From assembly GCA_964616425.1 (NCBI GenBank), contig CAZTQY010000002.1, forward strand, positions 2,910 to 66,909: a stretch of 64,000 nt of DNA. Reading direction: 5' to 3'. This stretch comes from an uncultured Candidatus Saccharibacteria bacterium (lineage in GTDB: Bacteria; Patescibacteriota; Minisyncoccia; Phycocordibacterales; DATDWN01). The translations under genes were made by a program, and so were the position numbers. The notes below the pieces were generated by a model, which made no database searches, was not told the DNA's origin, and saw only the letters and a program-made list of their open reading frames with translations. The stretch's first letter is position 1; every line of letters starts with the position of its first letter. Below are positions 18,492-27,524 of the stretch, piece after piece.

Positions 18492-19796
18492 ATGGATTAT
18501 CTTAAATTCTTAGCAAAGCAAATACTAAAGCATGAGGCAAAGCTCGTGTTAAAAAAGTATAATCCAAAAGTTATTGCTGTTATAGGTAGTGTTGGAAAAT
18601 CTCTAACTAAAGAGGCTATATATCAGGTTTTATCAAAGAAATTTTTTGTTAGGAAAAGTGAAAAGAGTTTTACTGCAGAGTTAGGTATTCCGTTAACTAT
18701 TATTGGTTGTGGTGAAGGTGTCGGTAGTATTGTTCAGCTTATTAGTAATATTTTTTTCGGACTTCGAGTTATACTTTTCAAATCAACATATCCAACTTGG
18801 CTTATTTTAGAAGTTGATGGAGACAAACCGGGCGACTTGGAAAAAGTCAGTTCGTATTTAAGAGTAGATATTTTGGTAATAACTGCCATAGGCGAAGTTC
18901 CTTCTCATATAGAAAAATTTGGTGACCTATACACTTTTTTGAAAGAAAAAGTTGCTATGGTTGATGCTGTGAGGTTTGGAGGGGGAGTGATATATAACGC
19001 AGATGATCTGGTTACAAGTAACCTTGCTCAAAATTCGAAAGTAAAAATGATCTCAGTTGGTATAGGAGAAGGTGGGACACAGATTTCCGGATCCAAATTT
19101 GAGATTTTGTATGGTACGGGGAAGACTGGTTCAGTTCCGACTGGTATGTCATTTTCAATAAAAAATAAAACCAATCTTTTGCCTGTTAATGTATTCGAAA
19201 CTATTGGTATGCAAAATGAGTATGCTATCTTGTTTGCGTACGCTGTAGGTTTGGAATTTGGTCTTGAACCAGCTCAGTTAGTTCAGTCACTTGGTAAGTA
19301 TAATACTTTGCCAGGACGAATGAGAATGATTCCTGGGATAAAGGATACACTCATAATAGACGATACATATAACTCATCACCAATAGCTATTGCAGAAGCA
19401 ATAAATGTTTTGAAAGAAATAAAATCTGTTGAGAAAAAAATAGCAGTAGTGGGTGACATGCTAGAACTTGGTCAGTTCTCTGCAATAGAACACAGGCGAG
19501 TAGCACAGATGCTAAATGGTGTTGCGACAGATGTTATTTGTGTTGGCTTGCGGACACGTAAAGTCGTTGAGGAGCTAGTCAACTTTGGTTTTCCTGAATC
19601 AAAAATCAATTCTTTCGACACTTCAGATGAAGTTGAAAATTATTTACAAAATCTAATCAGCGAAGGAGATATTATTCTCGTGAAAGGCTCTCAGGCAATG
19701 CGAATGGAACGAATCGTAGAGGGGATAATGAGATATCCAGAGGAGAAGAAGAAACTGTTAGTCAGACAGGAGGAAGAGTGGAGGGGGAGAAATTGA
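18492..19796 (+). CDS. murF: MurF-type Mur ligase
   Basis: GSVGKS P-loop, GRM, IDDTYNSSP, GDMLELG, VKGS. Confidence 0.85.
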   Translation: MDYLKFLAKQILKHEAKLVLKKYNPKVIAVIGSVGKSLTKEAIYQVLSKKFFVRKSEKSFTAELGIPLTIIGCGEGVGSIVQLISNIFFGLRVILFKSTYPTWLILEVDGDKPGDLEKVSSYLRVDILVITAIGEVPSHIEKFGDLYTFLKEKVAMVDAVRFGGGVIYNADDLVTSNLAQNSKVKMISVGIGEGGTQISGSKFEILYGTGKTGSVPTGMSFSIKNKTNLLPVNVFETIGMQNEYAILFAYAVGLEFGLEPAQLVQSLGKYNTLPGRMRMIPGIKDTLIIDDTYNSSPIAIAEAINVLKEIKSVEKKIAVVGDMLELGQFSAIEHRRVAQMLNGVATDVICVGLRTRKVVEELVNFGFPESKINSFDTSDEVENYLQNLISEGDIILVKGSQAMRMERIVEGIMRYPEEKKKLLVRQEEEWRGRN

Positions 19797-20132
19797 TTAA
19801 ATTCCTAACTGAAATTTCCAATTCATTTTCACTATAGATAAATTAAATGGAGTTGAAATATTGCTTTGTTTTTTAAATGGAATCACTAAATCTTTTAATT
19901 TGATCAACATGGATTCTAAATCTTGTTCTGAAGCATTTGGAAAGGTTGCGTACACATAAATTTCAACAGGGGCAGCGTTTACAGTTATCTTGTTCTCTGA
20001 AGCAAAAACTGAAATATCTTTAGGATCATATTCTGTGGCTTTTGCTGCAAATCCATGAATTGCTTCAGCGACTATTTTAATTTCCTCTGGAGAGATTCTA
20101 CTTTTTTCGTAATCAATTCTAACTATAGGCAT
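19797..20132 (-). CDS. Tautomerase/MIF-superfamily-like protein
   Basis: Restarted at MPIVRIDY (Pro-1); TGTTATAAT 7 nt upstream. Confidence 0.45.
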   Translation of the reverse strand: MPIVRIDYEKSRISPEEIKIVAEAIHGFAAKATEYDPKDISVFASENKITVNAAPVEIYVYATFPNASEQDLESMLIKLKDLVIPFKKQSNISTPFNLSIVKMNWKFQLGI

Positions 20133-20151
20133 AATATTAATTATAACATGT

Positions 20152-20474
20152 TGTGACCTTACCGGGAATCTTTCATTACATGAAGGGTCCCCGTGTTTGG
20201 ATATTTTTGTTCGCAAAGCTCCAAAACTATCTCAAACAGGCTTCGATTTCCGACGTAGAGTCTCCCAGACTCTACTGTAAGGTCAAAGCTTTTTGCTTCG
20301 CCAAAACCTGTGACCTTACCGGGAAATTCGAAACTTACAGTTTCAGTACACCTTTTCTATTTTTTGTTTCTAACCGAACAAAAAATTATCAAAGGTTTTC
20401 GATTCCCTAAACAAAACATGTTTTGTTTTAAGGTCACAAAATTTCGTGACCTCAATTTTGTGACCTTACCGGGA
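20152..20474 (-). repeat. Array of tRNA-Glu 3'-end copies (direct and inverted)
   Basis: tgtgaccttaccggga at 20152, 20309, 20459; inverted copies with hairpin inserts at ~20240-20285 and ~20398-20438. Confidence 0.85.
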
Positions 20475-20532
20475 ATCGAACCCGGATTTAAGCCTTGAGA
20501 AGGCTTCGTCCTAACCGTTAGACGATAAGGCC
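20461..20532 (-). tRNA. tRNA-Glu(CTC), CCA not encoded
   Basis: 72-nt cloverleaf GGCCTTA..TAAGGTCA; anticodon arm AAGCC-TTCTCAA-GGCTT; T arm CCGGG-TTCGATT-CCCGG. Confidence 0.95.
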
Positions 20533-20550
20533 AATAATCTAAATTTAAAA

Positions 20551-20693
20551 CTAGGGAATCGAACCGGCTCTCCTCCTTACAGGAGCAGTATACCTTTCGC
20601 TCTCTGACTACAGAGTGCTCAAGGTCTTGCAGTTGGGTCCCTATCCCAACTTCACCTCTCAAAGACCTTGTCTAACCTCTAGACTATAAGGCC
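20551..20693 (-). other. Enlarged tRNA-like module upstream of tRNA-Glu
   Basis: Starts GGCCTTATAGTCTAGAGGTTAGAC (copy of the tRNA 5' end and D arm), has two long arms, ends GGTTCGATTCCC. Confidence 0.6.
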
Positions 20694-20789
20694 AATTGAA
20701 CAGGAAAACTATAGCATTTTTTACAAAAAAATCAAAAATAAAAAATTGACAAGTAGCTATTTTGCTATTAAATGTATTTAGGAGGCAGC

Positions 20790-21260
20790 ATGAAAATTCT
20801 GTTGGTAGAGGATGACTGGGTTGAGCGCGAGATGGCGCTCGATGACATCCGTGCACTGCTACCCAGAGCAGAAGTGACCGCGCTTATGAACGCTGGGGAA
20901 ATGCTCCTCAAGGTTCAGGAGGGTACTGATCTGGGTGGCGTGGATGTTGTGGTCATGGAACACCACCTTCCTCTCTGGGCAATCGGTGAGTCAGAGGAGG
21001 AGTGGGACCAAGCAGTAGGCAATCTCGAAAGAGATTTTCCTGAGGTGATTAGGGAATGGGACGGTCAGTTAGCTGGTGAGCGGCTCGTCCGCTACATGCG
21101 ATCGATAGGAATTCTGATTCCCGTTCTCTTCCACACGTACACTCAGGAATCACACATCGCTGAGGATGTTCGGAGAATGTCCAAAGTCTTCTACTGCTGC
21201 AAGCTACTTGAAAGGGAGCATCTTCCTGAAGCGATCACTGCGGCTGTGCAGGCTCGCTGA
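20790..21260 (+). CDS. Standalone atypical receiver (REC) domain protein
   Basis: KILLVEDD, DVVVME, PVLFHT, CK; SD AGGAGG; TTGACA at 20746; hairpin 21263-21312. Confidence 0.65.
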   Translation: MKILLVEDDWVEREMALDDIRALLPRAEVTALMNAGEMLLKVQEGTDLGGVDVVVMEHHLPLWAIGESEEEWDQAVGNLERDFPEVIREWDGQLAGERLVRYMRSIGILIPVLFHTYTQESHIAEDVRRMSKVFYCCKLLEREHLPEAITAAVQAR

Positions 21261-21342
21261 ACAACCCGCTACAACTACGCACGGACGACCCGTTCGAAGT
21301 TGAGCGGGTTTTCCAATGTCAGGAAGGTGATATAATTTAATT

Positions 21343-21708
21343 ATGTCATTCGAAAACATATTTGGTCCGGACAGTTTGAGCATAGAAAAGAACCGGATAC
21401 TGGGTTTGCTCGAAAGAGATGGTCAGTCAGATGAAGCCATGTCCGCAGTACTGGCTTGGACAGAACAGATGGAAGTCAGATCGCTTATTTCATCTAGAGA
21501 AATGGTCCGTTTCAACGTAGATAGAGCTGCTCTATACGAGGCAATTGGCGATATAGAAGGAATGTTTGAAACACTTGCCGAAGCTTTTTATCAAATCAAA
21601 TCAGAAAAGGATTCAGGAAATGAACCAGGGGATTGGCAGGAGTTGTATGATAAGGTTGAAGGACTTTTAAAAGAAATGGATGCAAAATATCCAACTAATA
21701 ACGAGTAA
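21343..21708 (+). CDS. Hypothetical acidic helical protein
   Basis: 121-aa ORF with TGATATAAT just upstream. Confidence 0.6.
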   Translation: MSFENIFGPDSLSIEKNRILGLLERDGQSDEAMSAVLAWTEQMEVRSLISSREMVRFNVDRAALYEAIGDIEGMFETLAEAFYQIKSEKDSGNEPGDWQELYDKVEGLLKEMDAKYPTNNE

Positions 21709-21709
21709 C

Positions 21710-22063
21710 ATGTTAAAGAACAAAGTACAGTCACTCACAAATGCTCTGAGAGGTGTTGGATTCGTCTGGAAGGAGGAGTCAAACTTTGGTGTTATTATCT
21801 TTTTTGCCGTATTGGCACTTTGTATAGGATATTATTTTGATTTCACTCTCATTGAGTACTCTATCTGTGCTGTTATCATCACCATAGTTATGGTTGCTGA
21901 GATGGTTAACACTGCTATCGAGGATATATGTAACAAGATAGAGCCAAATCAGGATCCATCGATTGGTAAAATAAAAGACATTTCAAGTGGGTTTGTGCTT
22001 ATTGCTTCTCTTGGTGCAGGCGTTGCAGGACTTTTGGTATTCTTCAATCATTTCACATTTTAG
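21710..22063 (+). CDS. dgkA: Diacylglycerol/undecaprenol kinase family
   Basis: EESNF, EMVNTAIE, IKDISSG; three TMs. Confidence 0.85.
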   Translation: MLKNKVQSLTNALRGVGFVWKEESNFGVIIFFAVLALCIGYYFDFTLIEYSICAVIITIVMVAEMVNTAIEDICNKIEPNQDPSIGKIKDISSGFVLIASLGAGVAGLLVFFNHFTF

Positions 22064-22104
22064 TAAAATTTGTTGGCTATAACCGAATAAGATATAATTG
22101 ATTC

Positions 22105-24867
22105 ATGGAAAATTATTCTGAAAAGTTAAACTTTACTAGTCCAGAAGCTGAGATAGCCTACTTACGAGAAAAAATAGCAAACAAGGAACTTGAACTTCGA
22201 GAAAAGAAAGTTGATTTTAAAATTGATGAAGTTGTGAGTAGTGAGATCAGTCGATACAGAGATAAACTCTCTAAAGATGTTTTGGATGAGACTCTAGCCT
22301 TGTCAAAAGTAGACTTAGAGTCCCTCGTACTAGATCTCGCTCCAGAGAGGCACGACAAAAAAATAGAAGAGCTACTAGGTATACTTGATACAAAAGGGGT
22401 AAAGAATGCTATGTCTGTTTTATCCGAGTTCAAAGATCCCCATCTAGAGGATGATTTTCATAGGTTTCTGGTTCAATACGTAAAGAAAGGTTTTAAACCA
22501 AAAGAGTTAAATGTTTCCGACAAGGAGTACCGTGGTCTTAATATGACACTTTACGAGGTGGTTCTACCAGAGGATCCTTCAGATTCAGGTAATGAAAAGA
22601 AAAGTAAAACTCTCAAAGAGTTGATTTCTAGTATGGAGCAGTTTCTGGCTGGTATGCTCTCTGTTACAACAAAGGACGATACAAAAAGTTATAAAGAAAA
22701 CTACATCGTACTCGAAATAGCAAACGCTAACGGCAGTGACCAGTTTATTTTCTATGTTGCTGTTCCGAACATTCACAAGTCACTTTTTGAAAAACAAATT
22801 ATCTCTGTTTTCCATAATGCAAAACTGACAGAGGCAACAGGGGACTACAATATTTTCAACGGAGAAGGTGTTTCTTTGGGCTCATATGTTACATCATCAG
22901 TAAATCCTATTTATCCTTTCAAAACATATGAGGCGTTTGACCATGATCCATTAAATATAATTCTCAATAGCTTTTCTAAAATTGAAAAAGAGGGTGAGGG
23001 AGCTGGTATCCAAATAGTTTTCTCTCCAAAGTCTGACTACTATAATAAAAAATATAACTATGCTATCGAAAAGATAGAAAAAGGGGTTCCAACAAAAGAA
23101 GCTATAGATTTGCCAGAAACAGTTACAGGTGAGTTGCGAAAAGGCTTGTTCTCATTTTTTAAATCTGTTCCAAGTAAAAAAGAAGGTGAGGAAGAAAAGC
23201 CTGAAAAAATAGATACAGAAGCAATAGAGAAAATAAAACGAAAGACAGCGAGTACAATAGTGTCAACAAATATTCGCTTGATAGCATCTGCAAAGAGTCG
23301 TCCAGATGCTGAGAGAATTCTGCAAAGTCTAGAGTCTAGTTTTAACCAGTTTACAGACACGTCTTCGGGCGGGCTCAAGGCTGTTAGGTTAGATGCAAAA
23401 GCATTGATGAAGATGTTTAGAGAGTACTCTTTTAGAGTGTTTAACCCTGAGCAGAACTTGCCACTTAACCTTACAGAGTTTGCAACTCTTATACATTTTA
23501 ATACTTCTACACTTGTCCCAACTCCTCAACTGAAACAATCACAAACTATTTCTGCTCCGGCTCCAGCAGATATGCAGAATGCTGGGACATTTTTGGGAGT
23601 AAATACCTATAGAAATGTTGATACACCAATCTACATGCAGGATGAGGATAGGTTGAGACATTTGTACACTATTGGTCAGACAGGTACGGGTAAAACACGT
23701 TTCCTAAAGAGTTTAATTATTCAAGATATAAAAGCTGGCCATGGAGCATGTTTTATTGATCCACACGGAACAGATGTTTTAGATATCTTGGCAAATATTC
23801 CACAAGAACGATACAACGATGTTATTTATTTTGACCCTAGTCATGTAGAGCGACCTATGGCTCTCAATATGCTTGAGTACGATAGAAATTTCCCAGAGCA
23901 GAAAACTTTTGTTGTAAACGAACTATTTAGTATTTTCCAAAAATTGTACGGAGCGGTTCCAGAATCTCTTGGGCCTATGTTCGAACAGTATTTCAGAAAT
24001 GCGACTATGCTTGTGATCGAGGACCCAGACTCAGGTTGTACTTTGTTGGATGTTTCTCGTGTTATGACAAACAAAGAGTTTCGTAAGATGAAACTTGAGA
24101 AATGTAAAAATCCAGTTGTTGTTCAGTTCTGGACAGAGGTTGCAGAGAAAGCTGGTGGTGAGGCATCTCTCGCGAACATCGTCCCGTACATCACATCAAA
24201 GTTTGATGTCTTCCTTGCAAACGATATTATGAGACCTATCATCGCCCAAGAAAAATCTTCTTTCAACTTTAGGGAGATAATGGATAACAAAAAAATCCTT
24301 TTGGTAAATCTATCAAAAGGTAGACTAGGGGACATAAATGCGAACCTTATCGGACTTATTTTAGTAGGAAAGATACTTATGGCTGCACTATCACGAGTTG
24401 ACTCTGCTTCTGGAAACTTTCCACCGTTTTATCTATATATAGATGAGTTCCAGAATATTACAACAGATTCTATTTCAACTATTTTGTCAGAGGCGCGAAA
24501 GTATAAACTTTCACTTAACATTGCACACCAGTTTATTGCTCAGTTGCAAGAAAACATCAGAGATGCAGTGTTCGGAAACGTAGGATCTATAGTTGCGCAC
24601 AGGGTCGGAGCAGAGGATGCAGAATATTTGGAAAAACAGTTTTCTCCAGAGTTTACGGCAAAGGATATTATGAATATTGATAACTTGAATTCTTATGTGA
24701 AAATGTTGGTGGGTGGAAAACCAGTAAAAGCATTTAATATGAAAGACTCACAGCCTCCAGAAGGAAACCCAGCAATCGTAGACAAATTGAAACAACTGTC
24801 ATTTCTTGAGTATGGAGGGGATAGGGAAGCAGTCGAAGCCGAAATTCTAAGAAAGTATAATAAATAA
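22105..24867 (+). CDS. VirD4/TraD/HerA-like coupling ATPase
   Basis: RLRHLYTIGQTGTGKT, FIDPHG, YIDEFQ, SEARKY. Confidence 0.85.
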   Translation: MENYSEKLNFTSPEAEIAYLREKIANKELELREKKVDFKIDEVVSSEISRYRDKLSKDVLDETLALSKVDLESLVLDLAPERHDKKIEELLGILDTKGVKNAMSVLSEFKDPHLEDDFHRFLVQYVKKGFKPKELNVSDKEYRGLNMTLYEVVLPEDPSDSGNEKKSKTLKELISSMEQFLAGMLSVTTKDDTKSYKENYIVLEIANANGSDQFIFYVAVPNIHKSLFEKQIISVFHNAKLTEATGDYNIFNGEGVSLGSYVTSSVNPIYPFKTYEAFDHDPLNIILNSFSKIEKEGEGAGIQIVFSPKSDYYNKKYNYAIEKIEKGVPTKEAIDLPETVTGELRKGLFSFFKSVPSKKEGEEEKPEKIDTEAIEKIKRKTASTIVSTNIRLIASAKSRPDAERILQSLESSFNQFTDTSSGGLKAVRLDAKALMKMFREYSFRVFNPEQNLPLNLTEFATLIHFNTSTLVPTPQLKQSQTISAPAPADMQNAGTFLGVNTYRNVDTPIYMQDEDRLRHLYTIGQTGTGKTRFLKSLIIQDIKAGHGACFIDPHGTDVLDILANIPQERYNDVIYFDPSHVERPMALNMLEYDRNFPEQKTFVVNELFSIFQKLYGAVPESLGPMFEQYFRNATMLVIEDPDSGCTLLDVSRVMTNKEFRKMKLEKCKNPVVVQFWTEVAEKAGGEASLANIVPYITSKFDVFLANDIMRPIIAQEKSSFNFREIMDNKKILLVNLSKGRLGDINANLIGLILVGKILMAALSRVDSASGNFPPFYLYIDEFQNITTDSISTILSEARKYKLSLNIAHQFIAQLQENIRDAVFGNVGSIVAHRVGAEDAEYLEKQFSPEFTAKDIMNIDNLNSYVKMLVGGKPVKAFNMKDSQPPEGNPAIVDKLKQLSFLEYGGDREAVEAEILRKYNK

Positions 24868-24935
24868 TTTCAAAATATCTTATAGAAAGCGAAAGGACCC
24901 GACGCAACATGTGTGCGCAGGGTCCTGATGAGGGA

Positions 24936-25130
24936 CTAGTCGATGGGAAACTCTATTTCGTTTCCCTGATCGGCGGCAGCCTCTGCTCCAGAGAGAAGCT
25001 TGTCGAGGCGTACAGCCTCGAGGCATTCTTCTTTTTCGACCCCTCTCAAATCGTGGGGTAAATCAAGAAGTGACGCCACTTCCTCAGGGGTGAGGTCATC
25101 GCGGTCTTTGCAGGCCGCATCATGAGCCAT
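24936..25130 (-). CDS. Small acidic hypothetical protein (GC-rich cassette)
   Basis: SD GAGGAGG; TTGACA..TATAAT upstream; hairpin 24894-24926. Confidence 0.6.
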   Translation of the reverse strand: MAHDAACKDRDDLTPEEVASLLDLPHDLRGVEKEECLEAVRLDKLLSGAEAAADQGNEIEFPID

Positions 25131-25185
25131 AGGCTCCTCCTCTGTACTACATTATAATACACATTATGACTCTTTGTCAAGCTAG

Positions 25186-25194
25186 TTATCCACA
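25186..25194 (+). promoter_or_regulatory. Perfect DnaA-box 9-mer next to cassette promoter
   Basis: TTATCCACA. Confidence 0.4.
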
Positions 25195-25241
25195 TAGCGA
25201 AAGAGCCAACCTGGTTTCCCAAATTGGCTCCGTGAAAGTTC

Positions 25242-25454
25242 TCATCGGCTTTTCACTCCTTTTTTGTTTTGGAGTTCCAAAGCCTCTTTCTTGATGTTTC
25301 TCCTTGCGGTTTCTTTTGTTTCTCCAAAGAAGCCAAAATGGATTAGACAGTCATTTAGAACTGTCTCGAACAGGTCGGGGTCCGTATTGCCTTGCATCCT
25401 TTGTCTGTCGTACTCGGAGTTTACCCACCGAGCCATCTTGTGGTTTTCTTTCAT
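25242..25454 (-). CDS. Small hypothetical protein
   Basis: SD GAGG; hairpin 25203-25230. Confidence 0.55.
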   Translation of the reverse strand: MKENHKMARWVNSEYDRQRMQGNTDPDLFETVLNDCLIHFGFFGETKETARRNIKKEALELQNKKGVKSR

Positions 25455-25598
25455 TAGAGACCTCTAAAAACAGTCTAAAACTAATTTTATTTTTGGTCTA
25501 GTAGTAGCAAATTTATAAGAAAAAGGCTGGTGCTGCGTAGGTACTGCAGGCGACCAGCCTTTTTAGGTGACGACGCGACGATCTGTCATAGTTGGCTC

Positions 25599-25802
25599 CT
25601 ACGCCGCCGAGGCTTTTAAAAGATTCTTGTACTCCACACCGATCTGTTTTCGTAGTTCCAGATCGCATGGATTGTCGCCGTTTCGCTCCATCACTCGACT
25701 GACGATTGAATCGAGTTCTGACGCTGATGCGCCATCGCTGTCGGCATAAATCTTTTCTGCCATCTGTTTGACAGTCATCTTCTTCTTGTGCACTTTTATC
25801 AC
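25599..25802 (-). CDS. Small hypothetical protein
   Basis: GTG start after GGGAGG; TATAAT upstream; bidirectional-type terminator 25520-25564. Confidence 0.55.
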   Translation of the reverse strand: MIKVHKKKMTVKQMAEKIYADSDGASASELDSIVSRVMERNGDNPCDLELRKQIGVEYKNLLKASAA

Positions 25803-25859
25803 CCCCTCCCTAACAATATTATACTGTTAAGTTAAAAATTATAAAAGTCGGTAAAATTA

Positions 25860-25980
25860 AACTAAGAAAATAGCTTTAGATGCTAGGCGCGAGCGAGTAC
25901 TACGACCAAGCTGTACATTTAGTACTGTGCGTGGAGTATACGGAGTGAGCAACAACGCAGATGAAGCTATTTTATTAGTT
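25860..25980 (-). repeat. Long intergenic hairpin element, family A, at the yqeY-like stop
   Basis: IR aaaatagctt/aagctatttt; minus strand cgttgttgc..ccacgc..gtac..gtac..ttggtc..cgcctagcatct. Confidence 0.78.
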
Positions 25981-26430
25981 TAGTAGTTCGTCAACTACTG
26001 CTTTGACTGTATCTCCATCTGCCTTTCCTTTGAGATCTTTCATGAGAGCACCCATGAACATTCCAGCTTTTGATTTATCAACTGCTCCCATCTCTGCCAT
26101 TTTAGCTTTTGCAATTGTCATTACATCTTCTTTACTCATCATTGCTGGTAGGTATGTTTCTAGTATTGCGAGTTCGGCTTTTTCGTCCTCAGCGAGTTCT
26201 GGTCGTCCACCACTAACGAACTGTTCGATTGAATCCTTTCTCTGCTTTACAGCGCGACGTATAACCGCAAGTGCATCTTCATCAGATAACTCATCTTGTG
26301 GCATTTTGCCTAGCTTTACTAACTCGTTTGTAAATGCTGATGAAAGTCCACGAACAACACCAAGCTTTACTGAATCTTTGGCTTTCATAGCTTCTTTCAT
26401 CTGCTCCTTAATATCTATTTGTATTGTCAT
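25975..26430 (-). CDS. GatB/YqeY domain protein
   Basis: KEAMKAKD, KQRKDSIEQF, GRPELA, LKGKADG. Confidence 0.92.
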   Translation of the reverse strand: MTIQIDIKEQMKEAMKAKDSVKLGVVRGLSSAFTNELVKLGKMPQDELSDEDALAVIRRAVKQRKDSIEQFVSGGRPELAEDEKAELAILETYLPAMMSKEDVMTIAKAKMAEMGAVDKSKAGMFMGALMKDLKGKADGDTVKAVVDELLN

Positions 26431-26479
26431 AATATCTATAGATTACCATATTGAAACTTATTTTGGTAGAATTGAATAC

Positions 26480-27523
26480 ATGGAAATTACAACTATAATT
26501 TTTATTATTATTGCTCTTGGAATTGGCTTTGCATTGGCCTATTTTCTCCGTCCAAAACAGGAAACAAATGATACCGGTCTCAAACTTATACTTCAACAGA
26601 TAAACGAATTAAATAGGGTCGTAGATGCAAAGATCGGTGAAAGTACGAAAAACATGAACGAGTCGATGCGGAATCAGTTTGATCGTTCAGCGAGTTTGAT
26701 AAGAGATGTGACAGAGGGTCTAACCAAACTAGATGAGACAAACCGACAGGTGGTTTCGTTCGCGGACCAGTTACAAAACCTTCAGGATATTTTGAAAAAC
26801 CCAAAACAGCGGGGGATACTCGGTGAGTACTACCTCGAGACACTTTTGAAAAATGTTTTGGCTCCGAGTCAGTATCAAATGCAGTACGGGTTCAAAAACG
26901 GGGAGATGGTGGACTGTGTGGTTTTTGTAAAAGATAAAATCATCCCTGTAGACTCCAAGTTTTCGCTCGAGAACTATAACAGGATGATAGAAACAAATGA
27001 TAAGTCAGAAAAAGAAAGACTTGAGAAAATTTTCGTAAACGACCTCAAACTTCGCATATCAGAAACAGCAAAATACATAAGGCCGGAGGAGGGGACTATG
27101 GATTTTGCCTTTATGTTCATCCCTCACGAGGCGATTTACTACGACTTACTCATCAACAAAATCGGGGCGGTAACAGAAGAGACAGATAACCTTATCCAGC
27201 GTGCTGCAGGTAAGTACAAAGTCATTATTGTTTCTCCAACATCGTTCCTTGCATACCTCCAGACCGTTCTACAGGGTCTAAAAGCGATGCAAATAGAGGA
27301 AACAACAAAAGACATCATAAAGAGAGTATCTGAGATAGGAACTCATTTAAAAAAGTATGAGGAGTATCACAACAAGATGGGAAGTTCGCTTTCTACAGTG
27401 GTCAGTCACTTTAACAATTCAAGCAAGGAGTTCAAAAAGATAGATAAAGATGTGGTGCGAATAACGGGGGAATCAAACGGTTTTGAACCCTCACTTATCG
27501 ATAAACCAGATAACGAGGAATAA
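26480..27523 (+). CDS. rmuC: DNA recombination protein RmuC
   Basis: Start reset to MEITT; KQRGILGE, VDSKF, TMDFAFMFIP, VSPTS. Confidence 0.9.
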   Translation: MEITTIIFIIIALGIGFALAYFLRPKQETNDTGLKLILQQINELNRVVDAKIGESTKNMNESMRNQFDRSASLIRDVTEGLTKLDETNRQVVSFADQLQNLQDILKNPKQRGILGEYYLETLLKNVLAPSQYQMQYGFKNGEMVDCVVFVKDKIIPVDSKFSLENYNRMIETNDKSEKERLEKIFVNDLKLRISETAKYIRPEEGTMDFAFMFIPHEAIYYDLLINKIGAVTEETDNLIQRAAGKYKVIIVSPTSFLAYLQTVLQGLKAMQIEETTKDIIKRVSEIGTHLKKYEEYHNKMGSSLSTVVSHFNNSSKEFKKIDKDVVRITGESNGFEPSLIDKPDNEE

Positions 27524-27524
27524 T

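Noticed and set aside
20152-20474. CRISPR array
   Set aside because: The repeat is a 16-nt tRNA 3' end, the spacers are ~135-140 nt, and no cas genes are visible.
22105-24867. Conjugative element or ICE
   Set aside because: No relaxase, VirB genes or integrase nearby; standalone ATPases of this type are common in CPR.
25186-25194. Replication origin
   Set aside because: A single perfect DnaA box, with no box cluster and no dnaA/dnaN nearby.
26003-26479. N-terminal extension of RmuC in the ORF track
   Set aside because: It is the antisense shadow of the GatB/YqeY gene; a -10 box supports the start at 26480.
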